Assembly (NCBI GenBank): GCA_951406725.2
Contig: OX597815.1
Location: 88,474,001-88,538,000, forward strand
Direction of reading: 5' to 3'
From: Octopus vulgaris
Lineage: Eukaryota
DNA: 64,000 nucleotides
Notes under the pieces: generated by a model
Databases searched by the model: none
What the model was told of the DNA's origin: nothing
What the model saw: only the letters and a program-made list of their open reading frames with translations
Shown here: piece by piece, positions 38,816-52,049 of the stretch
Layout: every line of letters begins with the position of its first letter
Position numbering within the stretch: the stretch's first letter is position 1
Translations under genes and position numbers: made by a program

Positions 38816-38871
<56 letters not shown>

Positions 38872-39015
38872 CTTTGTGTCTATATTTGTCCCCCACCATC
38901 GCTTGACAATCATGCTGAAAAGTAAGTGCTGGGGTTGATTCATTCGACTAAAAATTCTTCAAGGCAATGCCCCAGCATGGCCGCAGTCTAATTACTGAAA
39001 CAAGTAAAAGATAAA
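35253..39015 (+). mobile_element. SINE family 3 split by LINE element C (SINE parts 35253-35288 and 38658-39015)
   Basis: Head GGCGCAGGCGTGGATGTGTCGCAAGAAGCTTGCTTC resumes as CCAGCCACATGGTTCCAG...GTAGACGGAAAC, matching the intact copy at 51170-51608. Confidence 0.85.
35289..38657 (+). mobile_element. Element C: internally deleted Tx1/L1-like LINE with both ends intact
   Basis: 14-bp TSD aagaagcttgcttc at 35275-35288 and 38658-38671. ORF1 relic (YGIVEVRF, xFECGKKGHIRADC). APE start (LGCLNVRGL) jumps to RT motifs RQGCPLSP/AYADD. zf-RVT relic and shared 3' tail. Confidence 0.92.
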
Positions 39016-39369
39016 AAAGATACTTTTATACATGCGGACATGCAAAACGTGTGATGTATTTGGTAAGGCCTACTTTTGGAAATCTCCCTACAATTCGTTT
39101 CGTAATATGTGATTCTCCCTGTAGTCGGCATTCTACAGTCAACGCATTGATAGAGCTTATGGTAATAATACTGAGAACTTTAATTTTCAACTTAAAACGA
39201 TTCACTGAAAGTTTGTGTTACACAGAAATCTATTGCTGAAGAGTAATACTACGATGCCTTCATTTGAACTCAGAAGCTTAAGAATCTAGATCTTTCGATT
39301 CTTAAGCTTGTGTCTGAAGATGTAAAACAGAAGAAAGTTATTGAAAAGAAAGTGTGACTGTTACTACAT

Positions 39370-39559
39370 ATTGGTTTGAAATTTTGGTACAAGGCCAGCA
39401 GTTTCGGGAGATGGGGCAAGTCGATTGCATCATCGACTCTAGTACTCAACTGGTATACACTTGATGGACTCCGAGAGGGTGAAGGGCACAGAGTGACTGA
39501 CGAAATGCTGCTAAGCATTTTGCCCGGCCTGCCAACGATTCTACCAGCTCGCCGGCTTA
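39370..39559 (-). mobile_element. SINE family 1 (tail type A), internally deleted
   Basis: Similarity to other copies. Confidence 0.8.
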
Positions 39560-40988
39560 GTGTTACAATATATTAACATTGCTAAAACTAGAAACACCCA
39601 GCCATACGACAAATTAAAATGGTAGAAGTTTTATTTTAAGATAAGAAGACGAAGCATTGACAACAATAATGATATTATAATCCTTTAGTTTAATTATCGT
39701 TGTCAACATTTGGATGGGTGTCGGGTCGATATGCCAACACGTCTGCAAATGTGATTCTTCATATCAAGGTGGTTTTAATAGAAGAATGTCAGGAGTTCAG
39801 TTAAAAGAAGCATTGACTAATTTTGTCTTATTTCGTTGATTTAAAAACCTTATGGAGATAATTTTGTAAACAAATAAAAGGGACATAAAAATGACAACAC
39901 ATAAAAATTATGCATCAGGAGAGGGGAAATAATTTATCAGATTTTAAGTTACTTCCCTTGAAATCACAATTACGCACCTCACTTCCCATCAAATATTTTT
40001 CGACTCTATTGTTTCATTATGTTGTCTTAAGAAAATCCACTTGAGACACTGCTTCAGCTGTTTATTCCACTGTACAAGAAATTGTAGTTTAGCGTTGAAA
40101 AACTATTTTATTAAGTTTTTTTTTACTGTTGTCTGCTAAACAATATGTGATGATTTATTCGTTCCCACGATTGTTCACTACTTTATTATTCTACATTTGA
40201 GTTTGCCCACTGTTGACAACCATTTCATTTATTGTCTCTAAGGTTAGAAGGTTGTATGAAGAAGTCGGTGAGATATTTCAGGAATGTGCAAACAATAGTG
40301 TGTTAGAATATACAGTTGAACTGATGTCTTGCGAAGCGAAAATGGGAAAGAGTTGGCATATATATATATATTTGCAGTGTAAGATATCAATTCAGAGAAT
40401 CGCATGGCTATCACACAGAAAGCTCCTCTAGAGGACTCAGCTAGCAGTCCACGTAGTTCTCTAATACAGATCTGGGAAGTGTATATGTTGAGTGTCCGTA
40501 CAACTGATATCCAGAAGAACCAATCGATGAAATTATTTCATGAGGAGTATATAAACCATAAAACGTTAGGAGATATGAGAGGTGAATATATTTATTTAAC
40601 CACACGACATTCTAAGGACTACAACCATTTTGCAACCTTCTTCATGCAGGAATAGAATAAATTCATTGTGGAAGAAAATTATGCTCATATATTTGAAATA
40701 ATATGCATGCTCGACATTATGCAATGCAACCATTCAACAATCAGCATATTCAACAAATCAATGCAATATAGAAAAATGGCTCATCAGATCACCAGAACAT
40801 CATATGTATATATACTTTTTGTGTTACATGGTTGATAGGTTCTGCGAGTCCTCAGTCAAATGGAAATAGTATAAATCTGAGGAATTATGCTTTAATAAAC
40901 CCCTTCCCATAAACACATTGATATCGGGAGAAAAATACAATTATTTCTCGCACACACACATACACACACACGTACGTATGTATATACC

Positions 40989-41226
40989 TATTATTTTATT
41001 ACCCACAAGGGGCTAAACATAGAGGGGACAAACAAGGAGAGACATAGGTATTAAGTCGATTATATCGACCGCAGTGCGTAACTGGTACTTAATTTATCGA
41101 CCCCGAAAGGATGAAAGGCAAAGTCGACCTTGGCGGAATTTGAACTCACAACGTAACGGCAGACGAAATACCGCTAAGCATTTCGCCCGGCGTGCTAACG
41201 TTTCTCCCAGCTCGCCGCCTTCATAT
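40989..41226 (-). mobile_element. Full-length SINE family 1 with tail type B
   Basis: Closely matches 19738-19976. 17-bp TSD gtacgtatgtatatacc at 40972-40988 and 41227-41243. Confidence 0.93.
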
Positions 41227-41244
41227 GTACGTATGTATATACCA

Positions 41245-41885
41245 GTATAAGAAACCATTACGAAATGCCAGCAATGCCTGTGTATGAGGTTATTGCAAGA
41301 GCAGTCGGCTTTACTCGGGTTCGCATCTGCGGCTTCTATGCTCCCAGCAGCGCCCTTCTACACGATCGGGCATCCGATAGTCACCTCGCAGTCGATTGCA
41401 AGACCTAAAATTTTAGGTTCAATAAAGTTTGCACTGAACATCATAGACCCTCTCCACTCTGCTAACAAGACCCAGAGACAAGCCAGTGCAAGATATTTAG
41501 TACCAGTATGGATCGCAGTTTCAGAAATGTAGAAGCGCCATGATATCAAGTGACTGCAAATGATCCCTCCAAATATTCAATGCTGTTCCCTGCATATCTG
41601 GTTTTATTTCAGAGTAACCTTTTAGAGACAAGTTTTAACTGAAGCCAAGGGGTGCTCACTTCCAGTGGTCTTCCAGCATGCCGGAATTCCTGTGCTACTG
41701 CTGGATAGTTATTGAGCCTACACTATTGTCATCCTCTTTTTGACAGGTCTTGCTCTTAATCCTGCAGGATTTCTAGCAACCCTCCTCACCTGGCAAGCCT
41801 AGTGGAGATGCGGGTTTAGTCGCCAACGACTTGACCATGCAACAGGTTGTACTGAATTCCATGTTAACAGTAGCACTTGTGAAAG
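41245..41885 (-). mobile_element. Decayed 5' fragment of an RTE-like LINE (5' UTR plus APE relic)
   Basis: GC-richer segment; the minus strand gives APE-like remnants (LDIMAL..ET). The family call is from recall. Confidence 0.5.
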
Positions 41886-43298
41886 ACGTTACAACTGACC
41901 TCACACATACACACGTATGTATGTATGTATGTATGTATGTATGTATGTATGTATGTATGTATGTATGTCTATGTGTCTATGTAAATTTCGAATCCTTATT
42001 GTAACTTTAAATCGCGTTCAGTTTAAATTTACCTTTCAATAGCTAGAGCCATTAAAATAAGTAACTGTAGTATAATCAGCAATAACATTCCTCAACAAAT
42101 GTGTAGCCTTTTGCCAATACAAGAAGTCATCATTACTTAATTTATGGCAATGCTATTATTATGTTTCCTTCAGTGGAAAACTTATAGTATTATTAGTGTA
42201 TTATTAGAAATTATTACAGAAAATACTTCAGTATCACTCATCCTCAACAAGCTTCAATATAGAGCACATCAGGGTCATCGTTAGCTCCTATTTCATTTGT
42301 TCTGTGATTTACTCGTCATTGTTTGGTGATATCCCATATTTCTATACCATAGCGCATATATACCATCTAAAATCTGCCATGGTCCTTTCAGTTATGCAGC
42401 CCAGTATTGCTCAAACTGCATTTAATCAAACGATATTTACTGTTCAGGCTCTCGACTTTGCTGAACAACGGGAATATCGAATTTCTTCGATAAAATCATG
42501 TCACCGAAGGAATTTAATGTACTGTCAGAAAATTGAAAAGGTCGATCCAAGAAGTAACTAAACTTTAGAAATTTTGTGAAGAGTAATGCAACTTGTGACT
42601 ATTTTAATCGTAACCTAAGATTTTCCTCGACATATTTCAATGACATGAATGATCAAAGAAGAAATACAAAACATTCATATTATTTCAAAACATTCTTGCA
42701 CGTACACACTTGAGAAATTTGTTACCGAGAATATATATATCAATGCGCTCGTGATTTTTGTACAGAATAGCTAAAAGATCGGAGATTTAATGGAAGTGAT
42801 CACAAAGTTTTCTTTAGACACTTTTTTTCTATTGTTAAATTAAAGTGACCCGATGCTCCTACTAAGGAATCGCGGAAAATATATGAAACAATTTTTTTTT
42901 TTTTTTTACTGAAGTTTAGCAATATCATGACGTTTAAGTTATTCTTTTTATCTCTCTTTTTATCTACCGCTATCAATACAAGTTCCAATCACTTTGATGC
43001 ATATACACAAAATTCAGGGACATAGATTTGATTGCAAAAAAGAAAGAAAATGGCGTCGACAAAATATTTTTGAAGTGTAGGCATAGGAAGGTATATTACA
43101 TTTGGGAGAACTATATTAATGCGGCTGAATGCACGCGCACAAACACACACGTATGTACAGTATATGTATGTATGTGTGTATGTATGTATGTATGTATGTA
43201 TGTATGTGTCTATGTATGTATGTATGTATGTATGTATGTATGTATGTATGTATGTATGTATGTATGTATGTATGTGTGCTTTTGTATACATATACATA

Positions 43299-43728
43299 CG
43301 AGGGTGAGCTGAAAAGTTCGTAGGTTGACTATGAAGGAGTGATGCGAGAGCTGTGAAATTTTGCATGCATCAATTTCAACACTTATTATTTTTGTCAGAT
43401 AAACTGACATCTGGCTGTTCAAAGGAAACTTCAACTAGAAGCACTTCTCTTGGAAATGAACAAAATTTAGCATCGTGGTGTTACTAAGTTCCTTCAGGAA
43501 AAGGTTTAACTCCTAAGAACATTCATACCGTCATAGTTGCTACATTGGAAGATGAGGCTTCAGCTTTATCAATAGTGCAAAAGCGGTCAGCTGAATTTAG
43601 GAGGTGAAGAGAGTGTCTAGAAGATTATCCAAGGTCTGGATGTCCAGCAACTATTGCTACCGAAGGAAATATTGATCATATTCACCACATGGTGATGGAT
43701 GACATGCAATATATATATATATATATAT

Positions 43729-43800
<72 letters not shown>

Positions 43801-44354
43801 GAAAATATTCTGCCCAATGAATTTGGCATGACGAAGGTTTTTGCTCGGTAGGTGCTTTATCTTGTGATACCTGATCAAAAGTACACCAGGCTGATCACAT
43901 CACGAGAAAATCAGACATTGTTTGATGTATACGTAAATGGTTTCGTTGAACGTTTCCTGACTCAGGATTAATGTTGGGTTCATCACGTTGACTATCTCTT
44001 CAGTGGAAACACCCCTCTTCATCTGCTCCCCAAAAAGGCCAACATCGTTTCATCTGCAGGGAGTGTCTTTTGTATTGGGGAACAGATGATAGTCATATGG
44101 GCCCAAATCAGGACAATAGGCAGGGTGATCAATCAGTTGAAAGCTACAATCACTCACAGCAGCCATTGAACCAAGGACTTGTGTGCTGGAGCCTTGTGTT
44201 GATGAAACAAGACCCCTTCCATCAGTTTTCCTGGCCGTTTGGTACTTCATAGATTTTTGTAAGTGCTTGAGCAAATTGGTATACTACTCTCCAGTGATGG
44301 TGTAGCTCTTTTCAAGATAGTCAATAAGCACAATGCTTTCTACATCCGAAAATC
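43299..44354 (+). mobile_element. Mariner copy (same family as 9794-11522) with internal (TA)n(GA)n and an inverted 3' segment
   Basis: TA + TIR cgagggtgagctgaaaagttcg. Transposase runs on + to about 44062, then on minus for 44063-44354 (LIDHPAYCPDLGPYDYHLFPN). Confidence 0.9.
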
Positions 44355-44419
44355 TTGGGTTGAGAATGTGTCGTGGATGTGGTCGTTATACTCTCGATAT
44401 ATTTAAGAAAATAAAATCA

Positions 44420-45180
44420 GTCAATTAGGCCTCAAAATCACTGTTACTACTAATCTGTCAAGAGTTGATTTTTAGATGTTTCGCTAGATCTAAACTCCCG
44501 CTCTTATAAACTGTACCGTAAGCCAAACGGGAAACTCTTCTACATATGCAAACAGTCCTGTCACCCATATAGTGTTTAAAAACCTGATAGCTAACATTGA
44601 TAATAGGATATCTAACCTCTCTTCGTCTAAAGAAATAGTTAAGGCAGCCCATACAATAACAATGCCCTAGCTAACAGTGGCTCCATGGATAAGATATATT
44701 ATATATTACAACCCTACAATTAAAATTATGAATCATAAAATTTGATCTAGAAATAGCCCTATGAAAGTAATATGGTTCAGCCCTTCCCCTTTCTTCCTAA
44801 ATGTGAAAACCAACGTAGGTAAGAAATTCCTGTGTCTTTTAGATAAGCATTTTCCAACAAGCCACAACTACAGGAAGATTTTTAATAGACACTCGATTTA
44901 ATTATCATACAGTTGCTGCACCAATATGAAGTTTATTATCACTCAAAGTTATTACCAACAGCCCACTCTCAGTTGTAACTGTTCAGACCATGAAGCTTGC
45001 CCACCTGACGAGGCCTAAATGATAAACTCCATCGTATATGAGGCAGAAGTTACAGCAACGCTTCAAAATAACAACCGAAAAGAAAAATTACATCTGGTTA
45101 TGAGACGGCGATTTCAAAAGACGTTACACAAACCACCTATCTTCTTTCTGGCACACCGACAAAAGTAAGTCACAAAGTTG
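44420..45180 (+). mobile_element. Decayed Penelope-like element fragment (RT C-terminus to GIY-YIG)
   Basis: Remnants VDFLDVSLDL, YRKPN, IWFSP, NVKTNVGKKFL..LDKHFP, RKIFNR, SYSC, CNC, IVYEAEV, FKRRYTNH. Confidence 0.8.
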
Positions 45181-47039
45181 GTTCACCATGTACGGTTTTT
45201 TTATCTCATGATTTCTCTTATATCTGCGTCCTGTTTCGTAAATTAAAAATATCATGTGCTCAGAGCCCGAAGATTACTTGGAAACACAAGGCCGGTTATA
45301 GAAATCTGCCTAGATCTGCATCTCCAATGCAAGAAACTAGTAGAAGCTTGTATGTTTATACTGTGTACATTAAACGATATTTATCTCTCACTAGATAGAT
45401 TATTTCATCTTACCTTAACAGAACAGTAAACTAATATATGTATAGAATATGCATGTATGTATTAGATATAAACAGATATAAACAGATACAAGTTAACATA
45501 CACATACATATACACGCGCACATATAGATCGTAAATAATATCTATATATTTGTATTGATCCAGAAGAGAACATTAACAGATTTTTCCATATAATTCACAT
45601 TCAAATTATCTCAGTTGAAGGAATGCTGCTTGAAGCAATTGTTTTATTGGCGAAACAAAGAGAACTGCTCATTTCAGATTTGCACTTTGGGCAACGGAAA
45701 TTCAATTCCATCACGCCTCTATGAAATTGTGAAAAAAAAAGTAAAAAAAAAACAAACCCCAAAAATAAGACGAAATATTTAGAATACCCATAGGAACGGA
45801 AATTATTCAGTCGACTCGACAAAATGAGGTTTTCCGAGAAATAGTAATTCCCTACTGTTTTTTTTATTTCTTTATCACGTGCTATATAAAAAAATAAAAC
45901 ATGAACAAATTGAAAATGTGAAAAATACAAGTCAACCCTGTGAATCAACCAAAAAGAAAAAAAGAAAAGAGAAATCAGCAGGATAAGTGAAATTTATTCT
46001 TGATATAAATGTTTTCTATTTTCTTTTTTCGTTTGTAGCAGATAACTATATGAAAATAGGTTTCTAACGAATATTCGCCTCAAATATTTGGTTTTATAGC
46101 ATGCAAAAAACAAAACAAAACAAAAAAAAACGATTACCAACAATTTCTTTCATCACACATTATAGTCAGGTGAAGATCTAACTTTTCCTTTTTTTGTGTC
46201 TGTGAGAAGACTCCACAAAAAATTTATATCTTTTTTTTTTCGGTGAACTCGTGTGAGTTAAGTGTATAACTTTTTTTTAAACCATCTCTTCAAGATAACC
46301 TTATTTCTTACACTGAATACAAGGGCTTGTGTTTCTGAGGAAGGCAAAACCAAATGTTTTGATGCACATGCATTAGCTACGGATGGAAGCTGAATTGATC
46401 ATATCTGTAAATCGGAACCAGCCCTAAGCCTCAGCATACGAGACAATTATCTGCATTCCAATCGCCAGCAGTGAAATATGAATTGGATTTTTGTAGTTCC
46501 ACATGCATAACAATTTCAGTGAATCACTTAATCCCTTTGAGCCACAAGGTCACAATGGAACGCTTCATTTCCATGTAGTCAAGCTCTGGCAGTTATGTTG
46601 ACGGAGACCGTTCTTCCCCAACTATTGAAAAGGTTGCAAGACGCAACGAGAATTTTAGAAAAATAAAGAAGGAAATAAGTGGAAATTTTACCGGTGAGTG
46701 TGTTAAATTATAAGGCACTAAAAGAGAATGACTCTCCCCAGACACAACTGTATATGATTTATCTAACTCTAATACAAGTCTACGCATTTTGAGCGAAAGA
46801 TATATTCGATTATATTGATCTCAAACTTAACTGCTACTTTTTGATCAACCCTGTAAGACTGAAAGATAATGCTGGCCTTAGAAGAATTTGAACTCTAAAC
46901 TCATTTCGTTCGATGTTCTACCGATTCATAATATTTCAAAATAAACGAATCTTCACCAAACTGATAAGTGCATTGTCAGGAAACTCGATTCCCTTGAATA
47001 GTGGAATAACAGATAAAATTATCATAAATAAATCTTTTT

Positions 47040-47255
47040 GTTTCAAATTTTGGCACAAAGCCAGCAATTTTAGGTGGAGGGGAACAATCGATTACATCGA
47101 CCTCAGCATTTTATTGGCAATTACTTTATAGACCCCGAAAGGATGAAAAGCAAAGTCGACCTTGGTGGGACTGGAAATCAGAACATAAAGACGGACGAAA
47201 TGCCACTAACCATTTTTTTCCAAGCATGCTAACGATTTTGCCGGCTCGAGGCCTT
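47040..47255 (-). mobile_element. SINE family 1 (tail type A)
   Basis: Similarity to other copies. Confidence 0.85.
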
Positions 47256-47719
47256 GATAATAATAAAATAGGTACATGTGTATTTCAATTTTCAAATGAA
47301 TTTGTTTCATCTGGATATTTTCATATTTATAAATCACACGACTTTATATACCTTAGTTACTTATTACATGGAGACTTTATTTTCGGTAATTCATTTTAAT
47401 CTAATTCAATAGAAACTACCAATTTTCATAAACTCATAATTCCATCTTAACATAATTATTTAGCAACGATTCCTCATAACGAATATCCCATGATTTTCAC
47501 TTTTGAGTTTCACATATTTATCAAGTGTCAGAACGCTCCGTAGATACATTTTTCATTTGTATAACACCGTTTTGTATATCGTCAGGCATATGAGTATCTA
47601 TTTTCTTAACAATAACAATTTCTTACTGTAAGAATACTTCTGTTTTTTTTTTTTATATTTAAATTTTTTTTACTTAACAACACTTAGTATTTTACTTACA
47701 CTATCTTAATCTTTCAACA

Positions 47720-49230
47720 GAAATAGTTCACAGGGTGAGAAGGTAAAGTGCACTGGAACACAAACTTGACACTTTAACTGTATATGAAACTTGTAGCGAT
47801 TATAAGTGCCAAAGGTAAAACACTTCCTCAGAAATCTATACTTCAGTGAGACAGAGATAAACATTAGAAGAAACAAAAAATCTCAAGGAACATATGAAAT
47901 TTGCATCAGGGTTAGAAGTTCTAGGTAGCCCTGAAAGCAAAGTAGTCTGCCTCCATGAAAGCAGAAACTGTGAAAAGAAGAGGGAACAAAAAAAGACCCA
48001 AAATTGCTTCTTCAGAAATCTCTTCCTCTTTGCTAGGGAACATTCAAACACTAGAACGTTTATAATTGATAAAAAAGGCATTTAAGACTATCTTACGAAG
48101 ATATATTCAAAGTACCACTTGAATTTCACGGTCTGGTACAGCCTGCAATCTTAAGCATGTTTGAAAACTCGGGAGCCAACGTTTAAGATCACTAGATCTC
48201 AAACTGAAAACTAGTAGAAAGTGGAACACCCGGAAAGCAGTCGAACGGCATAAGAAAGCCACAAAACTAAAGAAATAACGCAAAAATAGGCTACTGGTTT
48301 GAATGGCAAAATGAAAACCAATAGAAGAATTGAAAGATAGGAAATAAGGAAAGGAGAGGATGCCAAAATATCCAGACTGTAGAACCAACAAGGACAGTGG
48401 ACGACATAAGGAAGGACACCTCAAAGTGCTCAATGCTGGAATGAAGTGTGATATATGACTCTCTTAGGATCAGCTTCATTCTCAAACCTGTATAAGACCT
48501 CTTGCCCTCGAATACGAACTTAGGTATTTCGTACCCCACCTACGATAGAAAGCAATTAGTGAAACATCCTGAGCCCATACAAATTAGTGCTAACACAAGG
48601 CATGTGCACATGGAAGCTCAACCAAATGCTTCAGAGAACGTGCATGCAATTTGGACTGCGAGAGGATAGAACGTATCATGATAGGTAGTAGAATATTGTG
48701 GCCTGAAACAGCTGTGCCAAGCATAGCATGCAAACGATGCCTACTGTATATAGTGAGTGACTGGGAGTGCTGAGAATATTAATTTCTATGCTAAAATCGT
48801 GGCCAAGAGGTTGGACCAATGAGGTTTGTTGTAAATTAGTCTGTTATCATGAAACAGTTATTAATTTCTTTGTAAATGAGAATTGGAGCCCTAAGGGCAA
48901 TGACAATAGGAACTAAAAAGAATTCTAATACGATCCTGTTTGGTAAAAAGTAAACATTAGATTACTTTAAAATCCTTATCTAATATGGCCTACATTCTCC
49001 ATTTCTAACCAATTTGGGGACTGACTGTACCCTGGGAAGAGCACACAGGAGGCTCATAGGAAAAACCTTGCGAAGTACCAGGAGGTAGTAAAACAGAGCA
49101 AAAATTAAAATGGCGGGTGTGCTACCACTCACTTGATGTAGGCTGCCAGGGATTTGTCGGCAACCATTCTATAATGTTCTGACTGGGCTTGGAGTCTCTG
49201 GTGCGTCTATATGCTTTAATCTCGTTATAT
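47720..49230 (+). mobile_element. Decayed RLE-type (HERO/NeSL-like) non-LTR retrotransposon 3' region
   Basis: Remnants in order: TSRKWNTRKAVE (~48210), QQGQWTT (~48385), SFILKPV*DLLPS (~48472), LTVPWEE..AKYQE..LDVGCQGFVG (49021-49160). Boundaries approximate. Confidence 0.72.
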
Positions 49231-51169
49231 AAGTACTGAAATGTTGTTGCATGCGTACATTTATCTACATATACATGATTACGAATAGCCATGCTAGAAA
49301 TATATTTAAATACGCCAATAACATTTTGATAGTAGCAAACTGTTGAATCCAAAATATTAAAATGTATGCAGAGTTTCAAATTTCTTAAAAGAAAGCTAGT
49401 AGCACCAACTCTAATTCCGACCTCTATCTGGCCTATTATGTGTGGCAAATTCTACCGGTATTATCTATAAGCATTCTTTTGTGAGGTCTGAAATAGCACG
49501 AAACCATACATACCAAAATTCTAGTCACAAGAAAAACTTTAACCAACACAGATTATGACTTAATTATGATACTTCTGTTTATTCCTTTACATACACGCCT
49601 GACTGAACTCTAAACAATAACAATATTTCTCTATCAAACCAGAGTAGCAGTCTCCAACTTCCTTTTCTCTTAACCCACACCTCACCAACAAATATTTTAC
49701 TCCTGTCATTTTCTGTTACCCTCTTCTAACACAATCACTTCTATCTATCTACATCATATCTAATTCTCATTCCCATTATCCACCTACCAAAAGAGCTCTC
49801 TGCCAAAAAAACCACAGATAGCCAGATAAACCAAAGTAAACCTCAGTATGATGTCGGTTGGTAAGCTAAATCTTCGAAGTCACTGTTAAAAGTTTCCTTG
49901 TTAAAATTAATATGTACTCTTCTACTTAGAGGTATTGAGCTTAATGATAAATAACTTCACAAAGAAACAAACATTAATATCATAGATATACGCATACACA
50001 AACACACATACATATATCACCATGTGTGTAATCCATGCACCTCGCTGAATATATTTATAAATTTAATTCGTTAAACCTCTCACTCTCACACACACCCACT
50101 CTATCATGCATTCCCATATAAAAAGAAAATGCACAGTTGAAAATAAATGCACGTGTTCACTGAGCCACATTTACAAACATGCACGGTAATATAGCTATCA
50201 ATAAATATGTATTTTACGGCTAATATGTGAATACTTTTACAAGAAATTATGGCATTATTGGAAACTGTATGGTTGTGAAGTTTTAAAAAGATTTATTAAT
50301 AACAGAAAGTCTCACTATTGATCACGTGTTTCATTGCCAAGATATAAGTTCTTAAACATTCTCTCCAATTTCCTTTGCGGACAATTTTGAGGAAACAGAC
50401 CCAATTGCAATCTACTTTCAATAGCAATGCGAGTTTCACAACATAATACATACATACATGCATGCATTCATAAATACATATATATATATATATATAAATA
50501 TAAACGCATATTTGCATGCATGCACACATGCACACATGCACACGTATGAATGCATTTATGCATGTACACACACACACGAATTATATTATTGACTTTGAAT
50601 TCAAAAGGATGTGAACATCAAGTCATGCATTTATTATGTAACTCCCACCCACCCCTATCTATTCATAAATCTGTTCATAAATGTATTCATAATACAAACG
50701 TATCTCCCCCCATCCCTTTCTCTCTCCCTCCCTCTCTCTTCCTCCCTCCCCCTCTCTCTATCTTTATAGATGCTTCTTAATCATGAAATTGTGGATTCGA
50801 TCCCAATATGTGGCTCCTGGATATATGTCATGTGAATGAACTTGGGTTGACGGAAACTGTGTGGAAGCCTACCACATGTATTTTCAAAGGCCAACCTTGT
50901 TACATTGTGTTACGTTGAATTTGAGCTAGCGTAGTATGAAGTGTTCATGTGTATGTGGAATTCGCATCCACTTACACTACAATTCAATAAACAGGACTCT
51001 CCATTAATCGAAGAACTAAAGCTTTCCTCAAAGAAATCAACAGGGAATCCACACAAATGCACAGAAACCATATACACGGAGGCGGGAAGAAGTTGTATCG
51101 AACGCAGCGTCTGCACTAAATCGTATACTTACACTAACCACTACACAAAAGTGACATCACAACAGCGCC

Positions 51170-51393
51170 TCTTTTACTCTTTTACTCTTTTACTTGTTTC
51201 AGTCATTTGACTGCGACCATGCTGGGGCACCATCTTCAGTCGGGCAAATCGACCCCAGGACTTATTCTTTGTAAGCCTAGTACTTATTATATCGGTCTGT
51301 TTTGCCGAATCGCTAAGTTACGGGGACGTAAACACACCAGCATCGGTGTCAAGCGATGTTGGGGGACAAACACAGACACACAAACACACAAAC

Positions 51394-51445
<52 letters not shown>

Positions 51446-51608
51446 GACAGGCTTTCTTCAGTTTCCGTCTACCAAATCCACTCACAAGACTTTGGTCGGC
51501 CCGAGGCTATAGTAGGAGACACTTGCCCAAGGTGCCACGCAGTTAGACTGAATCTGGAACCATGAGGTTGGTAAGCAAGCTACTTACCACACAGCCACTC
51601 CTGCGCCT
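51170..51608 (-). mobile_element. Full-length SINE family 3 with internal microsatellite
   Basis: Minus strand: GGCGCAGGAGTGGCTGTGTGGTAAG..GATTCAGTCT tRNA-like head; (GAGTAAAA)n-type tail. Confidence 0.88.
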
Positions 51609-51842
51609 GTCCAAATTAATCTAATTAGCTAAGATTACATACATCAGCGGACTGTGAACAGGGATCTCAGTCCCCGCAGTATTAACGTTTGGCTTGATAT
51701 ACACTTCTAATATAGATGACAAAAAAAATGTATGCATCTTCTACGGGATTCTAACGTTGTGTCTTCAATAAACTGTTCACACACACACACACATGTATGT
51801 ATGTATGTTTGCATGTATGTGCGTGCATATGTATAAGTATGA

Positions 51843-51900
<58 letters not shown>

Positions 51901-52049
51901 AGTAAAGCATGAACAAAGTAAAACAGGCTTCCACATCCTAAAGTCAATATTCAATGTGCTGTGTTACAGTTTCTGCTTATAGTACATACATTACGCAGAG
52001 TTTCAAGCCCATATTTTATTGGACAATCATTCGATGGTTTTGGCTGACT

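Noticed and set aside
45601-45948. ORF with a CPKC motif
   Set aside because: Single CxxC, low-complexity N-terminus, no splice support.
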